Of a stretch of DNA of 32,000 nt, positions 29,002 to 32,000 are shown piece by piece. The notes under the pieces are model-generated. The model was not told the DNA's origin, searched no databases, and was given only the letters and a program-made list of their open reading frames with translations. Position 1 is the stretch's first letter. The number at the start of each line of letters is the position of its first letter. Both the position numbers and the translations under genes were made by a program. The stretch comes from Idiomarina loihiensis L2TR (GTDB lineage Bacteria; Pseudomonadota; Gammaproteobacteria; Enterobacterales; Alteromonadaceae), in contig NC_006512.1 of assembly GCF_000008465.1 (NCBI RefSeq), positions 1,500,001 to 1,532,000 of the forward strand, given 5' to 3'.

Positions 29002-29748
29002 ATGCTTTATCTTGCCCCGGAAAACAAACAAAAACAAAAGCCCAGAAAATCTAAGAACATTGACTGGCCCAAACAATTTGAAACCTTAGAACAGCTGAGC
29101 CACTCTCAGGCGCTTAAACGGTATTACAGTCAGGGCATCAGTTCGCCGGATACGCCCATTAATAAAACGCCCATGGTTGCCGTCGACTTTGAAACCACGG
29201 GCTTAGATCCTGAACAGCATGGCATAGTCAGCATCGCCGCAATACCTATGACCACAGAGCGGATTTTATTTTCAGAGGCAAAAAGCTGGGTTGTTAAACC
29301 ACGACGCAGTCTTACGGATGAATCCGTCGTTATACATGGTATTACTCATAGCGAAATTGAACACGCCCCCGATTTAGAAAGTATTATTGATGAGCTACTG
29401 GAGCTTGTCGCCGGAAAAGTCTGGGTTGTTCATTACCACGGCATTGAACGCCCTTTCCTGCAACGGGGAATTAAAGAACGCCTGCACGAAAACATCCAGT
29501 TTCCGCTTATTGATACAATGGAAATTGAAGCTCGATTCCACCGTAAACCGTTATCCTTCTGGCAAAAACTACTTGGAAAAAAACCGGAATCAATTCGCCT
29601 TGCGGACAGTCGTACCCGCTATAACCTACCTTTTTATCCGCCGCATAATGCGTTAACTGACGCACTGGCATGTGCGGAACTTCTGCAGGCTCAGATAGCC
29701 TATCACTTTGAGCCAGATACCCCACTTGGTGAGATTTGGCTGCCTTGA
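29002..29748 (+). CDS. DEDDh 3'-5' exonuclease (DnaQ/Pol III epsilon-like domain)
   Basis: Exo I is VAVDFETTG. The Exo II region is VVHYHGIERPFL. Exo III is H-x4-D in HNALTDALACAEL. The ATG lies 3 nt after the DUF294 stop, and the GGGAGG Shine-Dalgarno sits within the end of the upstream gene. Confidence 0.85.
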   Translation: MLYLAPENKQKQKPRKSKNIDWPKQFETLEQLSHSQALKRYYSQGISSPDTPINKTPMVAVDFETTGLDPEQHGIVSIAAIPMTTERILFSEAKSWVVKPRRSLTDESVVIHGITHSEIEHAPDLESIIDELLELVAGKVWVVHYHGIERPFLQRGIKERLHENIQFPLIDTMEIEARFHRKPLSFWQKLLGKKPESIRLADSRTRYNLPFYPPHNALTDALACAELLQAQIAYHFEPDTPLGEIWLP

Positions 29749-29790
29749 TCTACTCGTTGGGAGGTACGCCTTAAAGGTGAGCGATTGTCG

Positions 29791-29830
29791 CGCCTAAGCC
29801 GAAATATAATATTCAATTTCGGCTTAGGCG
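29791..29830. repeat. perfect 15-bp inverted repeat with a 10-nt loop (terminator or operator candidate)
   Basis: CGCCTAAGCCGAAAT-ataatattca-ATTTCGGCTTAGGCG, read directly. It lies between the exonuclease stop (29748) and the chemoreceptor ATG (29845). No U-tract follows. Confidence 0.6.
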
Positions 29831-29844
29831 AATCGAGGGCAAAT

Positions 29845-31836
29845 ATGAACTGGCTGGGCAATTTATCAATGCGCAACAAACTACTGTTGTTGGTGCTTCC
29901 CCCCTTATTTATGATGATGTTTCTTGCGGTAACGAACTTAGTTTCGACATATCAGCGTTACTCAGAAGCACACCATATTGAATTATTAACTGATTTAACC
30001 GTTGCCAGTGCTCCCGTGGTTGGGGCCTTACAACGTGAACGTGGTCTTTCAGCACTGACTATGGCCTCTGGCTTCAGTCAGAATAATGTAGACAATTTAC
30101 AGCGGCAGCGCGATGAGCTGGATCAATTTATTAACCAGTTCTTAACTAAAACACAAAATATTGCAGCTGAAATAACTTTTTCAAAGAAAATTCAGCAGAA
30201 AATTGAAGCTGTACAAAACAATAAACTGGATGAGTGGCGCGGTAAAATAGACAGCCGCCAAATGGATCGCCAGCAAATGGTGAACCTTTATACTCAAGCC
30301 ATAAGCTCATTACTTAGTGTTGTCGACGATGTCATTGCTGAGTCCTCAAATTCGCAAATTACGCGGGAACTCAGCACCTATTCTTTAATAGCAAATACAG
30401 CCGAAGCGGCAGGAAAAGAACGAGCGTCTGTCGCTGCTTATTTAGCCTCCGGACAAGCCAATACGAAAGAACTGGCTAAACTGCAAAGTTTGTCCGGACA
30501 ACAGCATGCGCTATTGGATAACGCCTTCTATGCCGCGAATAAGTCGTTAAAACCGCTGATAGAAGAACTGATAAATTCGTCTCAGCTGGCTAAAGTAAAA
30601 GCCACACGCGAGCAGCTTCTGGAAAGCGATGTTTTTTCTCAACTGAGTGGTATGGAATGGTTCCAACTCAGTACTCAATATATCACCAGAATCAATAAAG
30701 CGAATCAGGCGGTGCTCGAAGTCGTTAGTGAATCCTCTATAGCAACAGCAAGCGAAACGTTAAGCCAGTTGTGGCTGTTAGTTATTCTGATTTCTGCTTT
30801 TATCCTGGCGATTGTAGTACTCACGTTCTTTATTCTGAAAGGAATATACAGCCAGGTAAGAGAGCTCCTCGAAGGCATAGACTTTGTAATGAAAAACAAA
30901 GATTTACGCCGGAAAGTTTCAAGTAAAACAACGGATGAACTGGGGAATATTGGTTCGGCTTTTAACCAGTTGCTGGAGAAGTTTAACGCTTCTTTGAATA
31001 AAATTGATCAAATGAGTGTTCAGCTTGCCACGGCAACCGAAGAAACAAGCTCTACTGCTTCGCAAAACTCGGAGCAAATAACCCGTCAGCAAAAACAAAC
31101 CGAACAGGTCGCTACTGCCACTGAAGAAATGAGCGCTACCGCATCAGAAATTAGCGAGAATATTCAACGCGTTGTCGATGCTGCCGATAGTTCCATCAAC
31201 AGCAAAAACAAAGGTGAAGCCGCTGTTCGCGAAAGTATCAACAGTGTCAGAGCCTTAGCTTCTGCGATAGGAAATGTAGGCGAAGTAATTAGTCAATTGC
31301 AGGAACGCAGCGTTAACATTAATCGCGTTATTGACGTTATTCAAAATGTCGCCGACCAGACTAATTTACTTGCGCTAAATGCTGCAATCGAAGCCGCTCG
31401 CGCAGGCGAACATGGTCGTGGTTTTTCAGTTGTGGCTGACGAGGTGCGAAAATTAGCAAGCCAGACTCATAATTCAACCAATGAAATTTCTGAAATGCTG
31501 ACCGGTTTTCAGCAGCTATCAGATGCCGCCTATAAAGATGTGAATGAAAGTAAATCTATAGCCACAGCAACAGAGGAGCAAGCCAGAGAGCTAGAACAGG
31601 CTTTTGCAGTCATATCTGAGGACATAAATAGTATCTCCGAAATGTCGACTCAAATAGCGACCGCATCTGAAGAGCAAGTTGCTGTAGCAAAAGATATTGC
31701 CAACAATATGGAGTCAGTTAATGAAGCGTCGCTTCTTATTCTGACAGGCTCGCAGGAGATTAAGAGCGTAACCGAGGAACAGGCTAAATCGGCCAGAGAA
31801 TTACAAGATTTAGCGATGGAGTTTAAAACCGCTTAA
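29845..31836 (+). CDS. methyl-accepting chemotaxis protein with an N-terminal NIT (nitrate/nitrite-sensing-type) periplasmic domain
   Basis: TM1 is [17 protein letters not shown]. The NIT-like helical domain carries LQRERGLSA and [12 protein letters not shown]2, a HAMP domain and the conserved signalling hairpin [36 protein letters not shown] follow. I chose ATG 29845 (Shine-Dalgarno GAGGG) over the track's TTG at 29785, which lies inside the hairpin. Confidence 0.85.
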   Translation: MNWLGNLSMRNKLLLLVLPPLFMMMFLAVTNLVSTYQRYSEAHHIELLTDLTVASAPVVGALQRERGLSALTMASGFSQNNVDNLQRQRDELDQFINQFLTKTQNIAAEITFSKKIQQKIEAVQNNKLDEWRGKIDSRQMDRQQMVNLYTQAISSLLSVVDDVIAESSNSQITRELSTYSLIANTAEAAGKERASVAAYLASGQANTKELAKLQSLSGQQHALLDNAFYAANKSLKPLIEELINSSQLAKVKATREQLLESDVFSQLSGMEWFQLSTQYITRINKANQAVLEVVSESSIATASETLSQLWLLVILISAFILAIVVLTFFILKGIYSQVRELLEGIDFVMKNKDLRRKVSSKTTDELGNIGSAFNQLLEKFNASLNKIDQMSVQLATATEETSSTASQNSEQITRQQKQTEQVATATEEMSATASEISENIQRVVDAADSSINSKNKGEAAVRESINSVRALASAIGNVGEVISQLQERSVNINRVIDVIQNVADQTNLLALNAAIEAARAGEHGRGFSVVADEVRKLASQTHNSTNEISEMLTGFQQLSDAAYKDVNESKSIATATEEQARELEQAFAVISEDINSISEMSTQIATASEEQVAVAKDIANNMESVNEASLLILTGSQEIKSVTEEQAKSARELQDLAMEFKTA

Positions 31837-31858
31837 TTGTTACCTCAATGACTATAAG

Positions 31859-31881
31859 GCCTGACTTTTTTATTGTCGGGC
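31859..31881 (+). terminator. weak candidate terminator after the chemoreceptor gene
   Basis: GCCTGAC-ttttttatt-GTCGGGC (7 bp including one G-U pair), followed by TTTCTGTTC. Confidence 0.3.
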
Positions 31882-32000
31882 TTTCTGTTCTCAGGCCGCT
31901 CAGAAAAGAGTCTGCGGGTAATTTCTTGTTTAATTCAACGCGTGTGAAGTTAAGTAAAAAGTCTGGACTCTGACGCTAATTAATATCACCCTTGCTCTCT

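Overview
The window looks like a chromosomal segment of a marine gammaproteobacterium. That assignment is an inference from the Alteromonadales/Vibrio/Shewanella-like proteins; no search was run. The left edge carries the housekeeping thrS-infC-rpmI-rplT operon on the minus strand. infC has the classic AUU start, and the thrS leader has two stem-loops that mimic the tRNA-Thr anticodon arm.

Next come small genes: an EamA/DMT transporter, a CPXCG zinc-ribbon protein, riboflavin synthase, a lipoprotein and a small membrane protein. A tRNA-Val(GAC) gene follows, with a near-consensus sigma-70 promoter.

Downstream of the tRNA the content is accessory-like but has no mobility genes. It comprises:
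- A small acidic beta-barrel outer-membrane protein.
- A five-gene minus-strand operon: Fe-alcohol dehydrogenase, an unplaced permease, a PAS/sigma-54 activator, a succinate-semialdehyde-type aldehyde dehydrogenase and a secreted cyclase-family hydrolase.
- A porin gene transcribed divergently from that operon. The two units appear to be driven by back-to-back sigma-54 promoters that share two TTGATGA-N6-TCATCAA palindromes.
- A second EamA transporter, dbpA and a signal-peptide-bearing (periplasmic-type) katG.
- A TonB-dependent receptor tightly coupled to an M14 carboxypeptidase-like gene.
- A second paralogous small outer-membrane protein and a BCCT osmolyte transporter.
- A tightly coupled pair of a cNMP/CBS/DUF294 nucleotidyltransferase and a DEDDh exonuclease.
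- A NIT-domain methyl-accepting chemotaxis protein.

No CRISPR arrays, IS elements, integrases or rRNA genes were seen. The best candidates for an undescribed system are the sigma-54 divergon, which may be a lactone/lactam or hydroxy-acid catabolic route, and the DUF294-exonuclease module. Both functional readings are hypotheses.
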